A DNA stretch of 64,000 nucleotides from Paramecium tetraurelia (lineage: Eukaryota). The notes under the pieces are model-generated. The model was not told where the DNA came from and did no database searches. It saw nothing but the letters and a program-made list of their open reading frames with translations. The translations under genes and the position numbers were made by a program. Each line of letters starts with the position of its first letter. The first letter of the stretch is position 1. Location: contig CT867989.1 of the NCBI GenBank assembly GCA_000165425.1, forward strand, positions 124,001-188,000, read 5' to 3'. Positions 25,109 to 36,560 of the stretch are shown here, piece by piece.

Positions 25109-26080
25109 ATGCAATAAAAAGGAAATAAAGTGTTTAAAAATTTGGAATAATTGCAGTATTATGTAAGTAATGACAATTTTTTGGAAGTGATTAAGTCATT
25201 TCTAAAATTCAAAGCTACAACATTATAGTTTTTAGATGAGATTGAATAATCGATTGTGAATGCAACAGTGAACTGTACACCAAAAGAAATGATTGGGTTG
25301 TATGACGATTATGGTACGTTGGATATTATCGATTGGATATAGACTATAACCATAAATGAGGAGAATTAAATTTTAAAGGAAATAAATTAAGGGAAATAAG
25401 GGAAATAGGACATTTAAAAGTTAAGAAATTCTTATGAGACAACATTTAAGAAAAGCTTGTCAGATTTATAGAGCTTAATGAAAAGCACTTGGGAGTCTAT
25501 TAACAATCAAAAGGAATACCAAACTGATCTAACGATAAAGAGGCTGTTAAAGAGAGATGAAAGCATAGTTCTGGAGAATAATGGAGTTCTATTTGATGCA
25601 GGATTAATAGCTGTTTGTGTGTTTGAACCAAAGTCAAATGGATTGTTTTTAAAAGGATTGCATTAGCCAATATTTTTTGATGGGATATATTTTGAGCAGC
25701 CAATAAATTCCAAGGAGACTCCACACAAAATACGTTTTAGTTTACACAAAGGGTTCAATTTGAGGGAAAGTTTGTATGAGGAAGAGTTTTCTATATACGA
25801 TCCTGAATTTTAAAAGGTAGATGGGAATAATTATTTAATTGAGTTTAAGCAGAAGATAAAGTTAGAGAAGGGCAGCAAATATTGTTTGTGTGCATGTGCT
25901 GGTCAAGATGACTTCTTTGGAACAACTTAATACATGGAAATTGAATAGGATAACGCTTACATTAAATTTCAAGAGAAGTCTTATGATCAAGGTGAGTTTA
26001 TTGCACCAGATCATGTCTTTTAGATAATTTCTGAACATGATAAGGGGATATTTTCAGCATTAATCGTAATTGAAGAATGA
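25109..26080 (+). CDS. Hypothetical protein with helical N-terminus and beta-rich (PHR-like?) C-terminus
   Basis: Uninterrupted 323-aa frame MQQKGNKVF...YLIEFKQKIKLEKGSKYCL...GIFSALIVIEE*. The PHR similarity is only an impression. Confidence 0.7.
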
Positions 26081-26135
26081 TCATGTGAATGAATTACATT
26101 ATAGTTTGATATATATTTTAATTAAAAAAAATAAA

Positions 26136-27462
26136 ATGAAGAAATAAGATTGGAAATTCATGTAAGTATTTGGTGACAAAGCCTCATCTGATAATGTCAG
26201 TGATGAAGACATTATTTCAGCAGTTCAATTTGAAAGGACAGGGAGATTTTTAGGATTGGGAGACAGAGCAGGACGTTTAATAGTTTTTGAAGTTCCTCAA
26301 ACAAAGAAGAAAGATAAAGCAGAATATCAGTATAAATATTGAGCGAATATTTAGATATCTGACTGAACTTCAATCTCATACTAGAGAGTTTGATTTCTTA
26401 AAGAGTACTGATATAGAGGAAAAGATCAATCAAATTCAGTGGTTGAGAGGACAAGGCAAAAACATGTACGTTCTAACTACTAATGATAAAACAGTCAAGT
26501 TATGGAAGATCAGCGAAAAGAATGTCACTAAAGTTATTAAACCAAGTGGAAAAGATTTAGCTATGCCAAAACTATAGGTTGTTGAAAGTGGACTCATTCC
26601 TAGGTAATTCTAAATATTCTATTACGTCTAGTGTGAGGAAAGTATTCCCAAATCTACATAATTACCACATTAATTCATTGACTGCCTCAAACAACGAAGA
26701 ATTTGTTTTGACTTCAGATGATTTGAAGGTTTATTTGTGGAGTGTTGAACAACCATCCAAGGCTTTTGTAGCTGTAGACTTAAAACCAGAGAATTTAGAT
26801 GAATTGAGTGAAGTGATAACATCCTCTACTTTCCATCCAACATTGGATAATTAATTCTTGTATACTACCAGCAAAGGAATCATCAAACTATGTGATATGA
26901 GGAAGTCAGGCATTTGTGATAATACTGCTATTACCATGGCTGAACCTGAAGATCCAGCCAAGAAGAATTTCTTTACAGAAATTGTCACATCCATATCTGA
27001 TGCTTGTTTCAGTCGAAATGGAAAATACATTTTTTCAAGGGATTTCCTTACTGTCAAAGTTTGGGACATTGCCATGACCAATAAACCAGTTGCTACTGTA
27101 TAAGTCTTTGAACCACTTAAATCTAAATTATGTGATCTGTATGAAAATGAATGCATTTTCGACAAATTTTCAATTGCATCCACTCTTGACTCTAATAGCT
27201 TTATTACTGGTAATTTTAATAGTACCTTTCATGTTGTAGATAGAATGGGTAACACTTATTAGTATTTTCAGGTGAATGCAATTAATAATACGAACTAAAT
27301 TTCAATAAGAAAACTATTGTGAGATAAATCCCACCTAAGTACTTCGAGAATTTGGGATCATCCTATGATTTCAATCGTAAAGTTTAGAAATTGAGTATGT
27401 GCCAAACCTAGAATCTTGTTGCTATCGCTTGCCTCAATTGTCTCTATTTCTACACAGCATGA
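26136..27462 (+). CDS. PPP2R2: Protein phosphatase 2A regulatory subunit B (B55/PR55)
   Basis: [71 protein letters not shown]. Confidence 0.96.
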
Positions 27463-27509
27463 CAATTACATATTTATCCAATTATAAATATATTATATAT
27501 AAATGCTAT

Positions 27510-27725
27510 TCATGCAATATGTGGAGCCTGTTTGACAACTCCATTTTCATCGTGAAACACTCTCACTCTATCGGTTCTATAATCCATTGTCACCATAGAA
27601 TTTTCAGGAAGTAATTACACATGTAATTCAGCATTGTCAGCAAGTATTATTTGCTTTGCTTCTTCAGCTGTCTTTCCAACACATTCTGGCCAGGATTGCT
27701 TACCTTGAGGAAGATGAAAGTTCAT
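27510..27725 (-). CDS. Potato inhibitor I family (MEROPS I13) serine protease inhibitor
   Basis: MNFHLPQGKQSWPECVGKTAEEAKQIILADNAELHVQLLPENSMVTMDYRTDRVRVFHDENGVVKQAPHIA*. Contains the WPExVG and VTxDYRxDRVRVF signatures. Intronless, one in-frame TAA. Confidence 0.93.
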
Positions 27726-27768
27726 TTAATACTTTAATTTTATTTTTATCAGATAAATGGTTATCATT

Positions 27769-27995
27769 ATGAATATTTGATCAGTAAATCCTCTACATAT
27801 GCTCTCGTTTGAATCAAAGACTCTGGTCACTCAATCATAAGAACTGAATGAGACTTCGTTTTCAACATAATTTTGTTAAGATTGATATACATAAATCTAT
27901 TAATTCACAATAGATTGTTATGTGGATGTAGATGAAAAGAAGGCAGTTCCATATTAACTGCTTTAATTTATTGAACATGTGGCTATGTATGTTTA
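27769..27995 (+). pseudogene. Possible small pseudogene (or structured ncRNA)
   Basis: One frame reads MNI*SVNPLHMLSFESKTLV...FCQD*YTQIYQFTIDCYVDVDEKKAVPYQLLQFIEH with TGA at 27778 and 27883. Several hairpins are also present. Confidence 0.35.
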
Positions 27996-28017
27996 TTTAT
28001 TATACTATCATATACTA

Positions 28018-28289
28018 TCATTTTTTTGTTTTGTATTTTGCACCAAGAACGAGTTACAACTTTCCTCCTGTAGATCTTCCCAATTGACTTGAGCATTTAC
28101 TAACACTATAAAGGGCAATCATTACATGCAAGTGATAATGCCTCTGGCGTGGGAGAATACGGTGTTATTAGCTTGGCACTATGGGCATTTGACATCCATG
28201 AAGTATGAGTTTGGAGCTTAAATCAATCTCTTTAATTTATGCTTTCTCTTTTCACTTTCATATTAAGGTCTCAATAAATCTTGGTCCAT
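28018..28289 (-). CDS. RPS27: 40S ribosomal protein S27 (eS27)
   Basis: [38 protein letters not shown]...VFSHA...CIKCSSQLGRSTGGK, one tiny intron. Confidence 0.96.
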
Positions 28290-28451
28290 TATTTAAATTT
28301 ATTTTTAAATTAATTTATTTATTTCAAATACTCTTATCAAGCCACAAGAGATGCTCCTGGCTATATAAAATAATTGCCAAACTCAAAGAATAACAAATTA
28401 GTAAATCCTTTCATTATATTGACCTTAAAAATATAGAATACTCATTTATAA

Positions 28452-30059
28452 TCAACCCAAAGATAATTCTTGCTTTAAGTTTTCCAATGCCTAATTGTTC
28501 TTCCCTACCATAGATAAATATATTTATAAAGAAATGATGGCATCTAAGGCAGCATAATGAGCTTAAGCCTTTCGTAATGGTCTGTATTCCCAATTGCTAC
28601 AAGTGTCAAATTTACTTAATTTCTTTTTAAAATAGAACTCAGATATATAGGCCAAAGATCTAAGTTTTTAATCTCCCTCTAACACTTTGAAACACGATTG
28701 CAATTCCACAATTGACCCAATTTTTATGTTCTTTAATTTCAAGTAGTTCACAGTATGCTTAAGATCATCCTTTAAACTCAAACCGATTTTCAAGATTCCA
28801 ACGTTCTCCAACAGTTATCTCACATCATTTTTAAATTCCTCAGAGTCTTTGAGTTTTTAATAGTCAAACAAAAATGCATGACTTGATGTGGCAATTTACA
28901 CAAAACAAACTTTGAATCCATCAAGATCCAACTTGGTCCAAGGTGTTACATGTTCACAATCATAACCTTTTAAATTAATATATTTATAAAACCAACAGCA
29001 TTGCTTGAATGAATGCATTTCCAAGCATCAAAATAGTTCTCATCAATTTTGTCAATAAATATTATTTGATTTTCAGGATAACCAAAATCCTTGCAATTCA
29101 AATAAGCATCGATTTCATTATTTATAAACTCCTCGACAGGTTTAAATTCATCCTTAACAAACAGAGGATTTGGGATTTCCTCGAATCCATTCTATAAATC
29201 TGATTGCATTTATTATTTTTAAACTGGGTTCTTTATTATGTTTATTAGGTTATTTCTTTTAATGATTGAAAGAGCTTCTTTTTACATATGATTTTAATAT
29301 GCATATTCGCAAAAATTAACTAACAATTATTGTTAATATAAGAGCATTTCCTCATTTTTATACCAAGGGTGTTCTTTGGACATGTATTTTATACAATTTC
29401 TTTACAGTCTCTCCACTAACTTGGGATAATTTGCTGGATCTATATGTTATTTTTTGATAAAATCTGCTGCTTTGCTGGCATCATTATTAGCTAACATTTG
29501 CTCTATTAATTTATTAAAACATTCCTGAGGTAATTTTATACACGTATAAAACAAGTAGGCATCATCAAATTTCTATTTATAAAGTAAATCCTTAAAGTGT
29601 TGATGCAATCTAAAATTATTAATTCTAAATAGTACTATTTTTCAGTGATCAAATTTTTTAAATCGAAAAGCTCAATGAAATCAAGCAATTCTTAAACTTA
29701 TAATTCCTTCCAAATTTTGGCTATTCCTGAATTTTAAAACTGCCTTAAATTCATTTACTCTTGGTTTGTTTTTAGGTATTAAAAAAACACTCTGATAAAA
29801 AGTCTTTGTACATTATTTCTGAGTAACTCCTCAAGAATCTTCTAAACATTCTATTCAAGGTTTGCTCTATTATTACCTTGGTCCACAATATTTGAAAATG
29901 AGGTTTGAATAAACTATTTGTGATCAAATTGCTTACATTGAATGATGGTTTTTTGGCTCCGATGTACTCCTTTAACTCGAAAAAACCATTAACTTCAACT
30001 ATAACCTTTTGTAGGATCTAATTGAATGCTTCGTCTTAGACAACTTCTTCTTACTACAT
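28452..30059 (-). CDS. DEDDy 3'-5' exonuclease, MUT-7/EXD3/Nibbler-like
   Basis: ExoI VGYDCE, VQIAT, ExoII KIGLSLKDDLK, LSKFDTCSNWEYRPLRKAQ, ExoIII HYAALDA, with a helical N-terminal region. Confidence 0.88.
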
Positions 30060-30112
30060 TTATATTAATTCTTTTTTAAATAAATAATAAATTCTTTTTT
30101 TTTTTACTATAT

Positions 30113-31072
30113 TCATTTTTATATAGAGAATGTTGTATTAATTGTAGAAAATAATAATCTACTAAGACTCGATATATTATTTTAGATTGTACCGACAATA
30201 TTGTACATCAATTCAACAGTTGTAATCAAGCTGTGATAGATATTGGTTATTACAGCTATTACAATCGCTATTGCATACATATACAATTGCAGCAGTAGAA
30301 TTATTCGGTAACACTTGTTTTCATATGACCATGCGTATTTTACATATAGACAATTGTATGTGTAGATTCTTAAGAACAAATCTGAGATTAAAATGAAGGG
30401 CAATAACATAAAACTGATTAAAATGGCTAAGAATACTCCAAACATCAATTTTAATATGGAGATGCAAATCTTGTTTCCCTTGTTCTACGATTAATTATGT
30501 TGTGAATGAGCATTTTCTTAACTCTGGGTTTGAACTTAATGTTTGGCTAGGTACTTTTGGTTTACGTTCTTCTAGAGTCTAATGATAAAGAGAATGATAT
30601 TGAGATTGAAATTCCATTTTTTCATCGTGGCTGATTTCCAATTGAAAATCTTCTTTTATCTCACTTTAAATTCATAAGTGTGATTCCTGAATTTGATCCT
30701 TCTTTTTTGATATTAAACAGTCTCCAAACCCAACATGCCCTTCAAGGTCTTCACGGGTTCTACTTTGTCGAAGGGATCAGTAGTAGTTATTTCAATTAGT
30801 TTGTCAGAGTCTATGATATTCTAAATAATAAGTTTAGGAGCTTTAGTTTCCTTCTAAGTTTCCATTTTCAACTCTTTTCTCTCACTATTACAATTAGAAG
30901 GTGAAAAAATCATTGGTTCCTAGTATTAGTTGTAATCAATTATCGTATGTTTTATGGAATTATGAATAGGTTAATTACTGTTGTCGTCGTTGATTTGGAT
31001 CAATTTAGTGTTGTTCGGATCTCCATCATCTCCTTTTAGGTTTGAATACTCACGATAGATGGGCTTATTCAT
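30113..31072 (-). CDS. Hypothetical protein with C-terminal TM helices
   Basis: Hydrophilic N-terminus MNKPIYREY..., hydrophobic LMFGVFLAILISFMLLPFILIS and IILLLQLYMYAIAIVIAVI, TGA at 30113-30115. Confidence 0.7.
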
Positions 31073-31117
31073 TTTTAATATTTTTTGAAATAATTAGAAT
31101 ACAGTAAAACCAATAAC

Positions 31118-31526
31118 TCATTATTTTTTAGGATTGCTTTATTTTCTTTAAGTTTTAGATTTGCTTCCAATTTTCCTGTGATCCTTGTTCACTTATGTGA
31201 TTTAATCATCTTTTTATTTTATAACATTTTAAAGTTCCTAAATTTTAGTGTCTTTTTCTGCAACTTTATTTTACAACTCTTAAACCCTGTAATTTAACTC
31301 CTAATTAATCACCTATAGAGTCTAAAGAGCTTTATCTTTTTGTTAACATTGCGTCTTCTCCTACTCCAACAGATCATTTATGGCTTCGACTTCATCCTGC
31401 AATTCAGCATTTTTCGCTTCAAGTTCAGACACCCTTTATCTCAACTATAATATTGATAAATAACACCTGATCATTCTCTTGGTATGAGATTTCTTAGATG
31501 TATTTGCATTGCTGATGAGGATCCAT
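31118..31526 (-). CDS. Small coiled-coil protein
   Basis: MDPHQQCKYIQE...LRQRVSELEAKNAELQDEVEAINDLLEQEK...KDTKIQELQNVIKQKDDQI, one intron gtgttatttatcaatattatag. Confidence 0.75.
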
Positions 31527-31650
31527 ACCTGAAAAATTAAATTAATTAAAAAAATTGTCTCTGTTGAATTGAATAATTTGTTATTTTTATTGATTGTAAT
31601 AAAAAGTATTTAAATGTTTATCACGAATAAATAATGTCTTTAAAAAAAGT

Positions 31651-34284
31651 TCATAAATACAACTAAATAATTCTTTAGAGATCTTGTAATTGAATAGGTT
31701 TAGTGATGTAATCCTTCATTCCTGCATTGAGACATTCTAGTTTTTACTCAGAACTTTCATATGCAGAACATCCAATTATATTCACATCAATACCATACTT
31801 TTGAGATAATTCTAAGATCTTTCTAGTTGTCTAAAGTCCATTGATAGTTGGCATCTCTAAATCCATAAATATCAATGTGTAGTAATCCTAATTTGCTTAC
31901 CATTTCTTCTGACATTTTTCAATTGCCAAATACCCATTTGTAACTGAATCAATTTGATCTTAGCCACTTTTCATAATAATCATATAATTACAGTTATGCT
32001 AGTCTCCTTTTCAACATATCAATGTTCATACAAACATCGTCCACTATCATAATCTAAGTAATCATTATTGCTTTTGTAGATCTTTTAAAGATTGAAGCTT
32101 AATTATTCACATATACTTTGTGAATGGACTCCTCCTGCTATTATTACATAATGATGGACTCCTCACTATCTTGATTTCGCTCCTCCAAACTATTCAATGA
32201 CTTAATCTCATTTATATCTTGATATTGAATCTGAAAATAGAATGTAGACCCTAATTACATTATCAATTCTACCTTTTTTAAATTAAGATTTGAATTTTAA
32301 TCCATTTTATAAGTCCTGATTCAAATTTTGTAAAATTTAATTACTAATCAACAATCCTAATCCAACTCCTGATTTATTCATTTTTTTATGTTCTTCACTA
32401 TTCCCCTTCCCAAATGCTTAGAATATTCTTAGTTGATCTTCCTCAGTCATTCCAATCCCAGTATCAACTACTGACACTTCCAATCTCATATTAATCTGAG
32501 CCACCTTTATTGTCACTGAACCTTCATCAGTAAATTTAAATGCATTCCCCAGCAAATTGATCATTATTTGTTTTAATCGACTAGAATCAGAATATACCAT
32601 TCTCGGAGCTTTGCTTTCGTAATTGATATACAATTTGATCTGTTTCTTTTCTGCTATCACTTGAAATAAATCTACACAGGTTTCTAACAATTGATTAAAA
32701 TTGAATTTGGCTTTATTGATCTTAAATTTGCCGACTTTCATCTATGCCAAATCCAAGAGATCATCACTTAGATTCTATAGGTATTTTGCATGATCCAAGG
32801 CAATCTTAATTTTTTTGGCCATTTTAATGGGAAGATTAGTCTTCGGAGATCTGCGTACTTCTTTTTCCATAATCATAGTGTAGGATGAATATTTCTGATC
32901 ATCATCAACTCCTTATTCCAACATGTCAATAATGCAATTCAATGGGGTTCTATATTCATGGCTGACAAAAGATAAAGTCTTCGATTTCTGTTTACTATAG
33001 TCACGCAATTGCTATATGTAATCTCTATGAGTAATATCTCTAATGAGCATCAAAATGTAAGGAACATCAATGATTAAAGCATTGTACAATTTGACTTCAA
33101 TAGTTCTACTCTTCTTTCCATCTAAACCTTTTTAATATCCCAAAATTACTACATGTTCTTGGATCAATTCATTTTAGTTTTTCATTTAATTTTAGAAATC
33201 CACTCTTCTCATTTAAGAGGATATTAGATTTAGTTCCTATTCCAAAATCTAACATTAAAATGTATATTACCGATTCCTCTAAAGTATCGCATTTCTTCAA
33301 GATTACTCCCTTGTATTCAACATTACTGAGAACTGAATTTTGTCTACTTAACTCCAATTTTTGAGAACTCTACAACTTATTAGTTTGAGATCTCTTTTCA
33401 TTTCGAAACGTTTAGTTTATTAAATTACAAGGGATCGGAGTTTGTTGAAAAGTGGAAAATGAGCTTATGGAATTCTTGTAGTCAATTTGCTATTTCTCCT
33501 AATCTGCTTAGATAGATTATTGTTCTAGACAAAACAAGGAGGGTAGAATCTAATCTGATTGTCGGGCCATTGATAATTTTAATAAATTTTCATTATGATA
33601 CTCTAACTCTATCTTTTTGTCTGATATTTTTATTAATCCTATTCCTAAGGGAAATATGCTTAAGATTTCCAATTTGTTGTCTCTCTCATGTCTCGGACTC
33701 TCCTGATTACTAGGTCTTTCTTGAAGTTTTAAACGTGAATGATTCTAAGTGTTGCCTGCACTGTCAATCATAATCTTATCGTGCATTTCTTACTAAGTAG
33801 AACTGTCTATGTTTCTTCTAATTATTTTAGATTTTGAATAATGATATAAAAGTAACCAATGTATAATAATTGCTATGATTGACAAGTAAAATGAATTGTA
33901 ATCTTCCAATAAGATTATCGTAAATACAATGAGATCAGATACTATTTTTTGAGTTATTTATAGTTTGTTAAGGGAAGGCAAGCAAGCATTTATTTTGCTA
34001 AAAAAGAACTCTTTCAAGCTGCATAAAGCCAATATTGTCATGCCATTGAATTGTGAGCTTGAATATAAAGCAAAAAGTAATGTCCATTGTTGTAGCATTT
34101 CAAAATGAATTGAGTATTACTTTATTTAGGAAATTAAGCCCAATATTATTCTCAATATCTAAACAGCCACAATAGTTAAGGTTATAATTAAGGATCCATT
34201 TCCAAATATACTTTAAAACATTATTAAAAGTGTAATCATTATCATTACCCAAGAATCTTTTATTACTCTTTCGTATTGATTCAT
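31651..34284 (-). CDS. Membrane hybrid histidine kinase (TM, HisKA, HATPase, receiver)
   Basis: H-box FVSHEYRTPLN, N-box NLLGNAFKFT, DTGIG, GVGLGL, receiver IVDD...IFMDLEMP...GCSAY...ITKP. Confidence 0.93.
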
Positions 34285-34848
34285 ACAAAATAATAAATAA
34301 TATATATTCAATTAATATTCACTGTAGTTCTCAATCATCGTCCAAATTCACTTCAATAGAAAGTCCCTGTCCTTTACTGTACCCAATCTAAACCCCCTCA
34401 ACTCATTCCCATATTTTAATAGTCTAAATATCTCCCTTACAGGTGGTCTTCCAAAATTGGAACCAGAAATCGTTCTTACAGACCCTCGAGAATCGATAAA
34501 AACTCATCGCAATCTTGAATTGTCAATAAAAATCAACTCGATCAAAAGTAGTCGGACCAACTTATCTCCATTAATTATCAATAAGATGTCAAATAAATAT
34601 TAAATTACTAAATTAATTGAATTAAATATTGTTTGACCCCTTAAATATTAACTATAATTATTTATCCCTTATTATAAATTCAGTATACCGAAATTTAATT
34701 GATCATATCAATTTATTAATATCGCATTTCTCCAATACTTTGTAGAAATTCATATTCCTTGCACTTTGAGCTTTTTAAAGAATTAAGAATTATCTAAAAT
34801 TTACAAATTATATTATTAGAATAACAAAATTAATCGATTAAATTTGCG

Positions 34849-35640
34849 ATGGATAAGAGATTCAAACATACACTTGTGGCATTTAAAATATGTCCTTATT
34901 GCATGAAAGTGCTTACAATAATGTGTCATAAAAATATAAAATTTGAAATCAAGTTTATTGAAATGTCCAATAAACCTGATTGGTTTCTTAAATTGAGTCC
35001 TCTAGAAAGAGTACCTATTTTAATCATTGGTGAAGAAGGTAATGTTGTGTTTTATTTTTTAGTTGTTTTATTTGAGTCAGCAGCAATTATGGAATACATT
35101 GATGAGATCACACCACCTAAATTAATGTCAGAGGACCCTATGCAAAAAGCATTAGACAGAGCTAAGTTTGAGTATTCAAATGAGATTATCAAAAATCTCT
35201 ACCAATTCATCTTTTGTTTAGAACAAGAAGTAAGTTCTTGTTAAAAAATAATAGAAATTTATCAAGCTCAAAGAATGGCTAATAAAACATTTCAAGCAAA
35301 TGGATGACTGGCTAAAAGATAAAAAATACATGAATGGAACTGAACTCTCTTTAGTCGATTTTAATTTTGTACCAGTTTTTGTAGTATTAAATATGCTGAA
35401 ACCCATCTTACCATGTGATATGTTGAAGGATTACAAAAGAGTATGAATGAGGAATAGAAATAGTTATAAAATTATGGTGACTCTTTAACATCCATGTCAT
35501 GCTCAAAAACCGGTCGAGTGCCAGATTATGAATTTTTGATGATGGATGGAATCAAAAATAAAAATACTGTACTATTTAGATCTAACCCATGCTATTTTAA
35601 TGGTCCTAAGCCCTCACGCTGTTGTTTCTTTGGCAAATGA
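34849..35640 (+). CDS. Glutathione S-transferase, Cys-type (omega/DHAR-like) with CPYC site
   Basis: FKICPYCMKV, KPDWFLKLSPLERVP, VLFESAAIMEYIDE, LSLVDFNFVP, three tiny introns. Confidence 0.9.
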
Positions 35641-36560
35641 TCAATATATTTTGTATTTTTTTTTCTTTTTTATTTGTTGAATTTCATAGATTAATTAATT
35701 GTAAATTAGTGGTTTAATTATACATTAAATAAATTTAATTGTTAGCAAACTTAAAATGAAATGAAACTTGAATCTTCAATATGTAATGTAAATACTATAA
35801 ATTATAAGATATTTATGCCTAAATATAACCTAACCAAGATACCTATCTTCAACTTAACAGGAGCTTATTCTGAATCGTAAAGAGGGATAACTGAATATAT
35901 ATCTTTTAGAATTATCTTCTTTTGTTATAAATCAAATAAATATTAGAAAGTCATTGATTAGGGCAAATACATTAGAAAATTTCAATATTGGTGGATTATC
36001 AATAGAAGAGAATGGTTCTAAATTTAGAAAAATAATCAAGTGATAAGATTAAATTGAGTTATCTCAATATATTTTAATAAATAATTGAACAAAATTCTGA
36101 ATTATTCTAGTCATAGTATAATCATTATAAATTATTAAAATATTGGATTTTTGAGTTAGTCAATTATCTAGTACAAATAATCAATAAATATGTTATTTTT
36201 GAGAAACATTCTTCATAACCAAAAATAAAAGGGTACTTGCATTTAATTTAAAGAAATTCATATTTATTGTTTTATAAACTAAAATAATAAAGTTAGAATT
36301 AGTAACTATCAATATACATAAACCCTATTTGTTAAAAAGTATACCATAAACCCTTAAAGGTAAGTACTATCTAATGTTTTATATTTATAAGCTATATTAT
36401 TGATGTAAATAGCCTTATAATCTGAATGATCATTAAATGTTATAACGTTATAAAAAGACCTATTGAATCTAAAAGTTACATTTGTTTTTAAACTTAAAAA
36501 TAGATCATAAAAAAAGATGTTAATACATAAAATACTTTTACGAAAAAAAGATAGTTTAAG

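Noticed and set aside
28001..28020. TATACTATCA direct repeat at the RPS27 stop
   Set aside because: A 10-bp slippage duplication. The second TGA is out of frame and nothing suggests function.
34359..34370. GAAAGTCCCTG resembles the RNase P/MRP CR-I motif
   Set aside because: No complementary CR-V segment able to form P4 was found.
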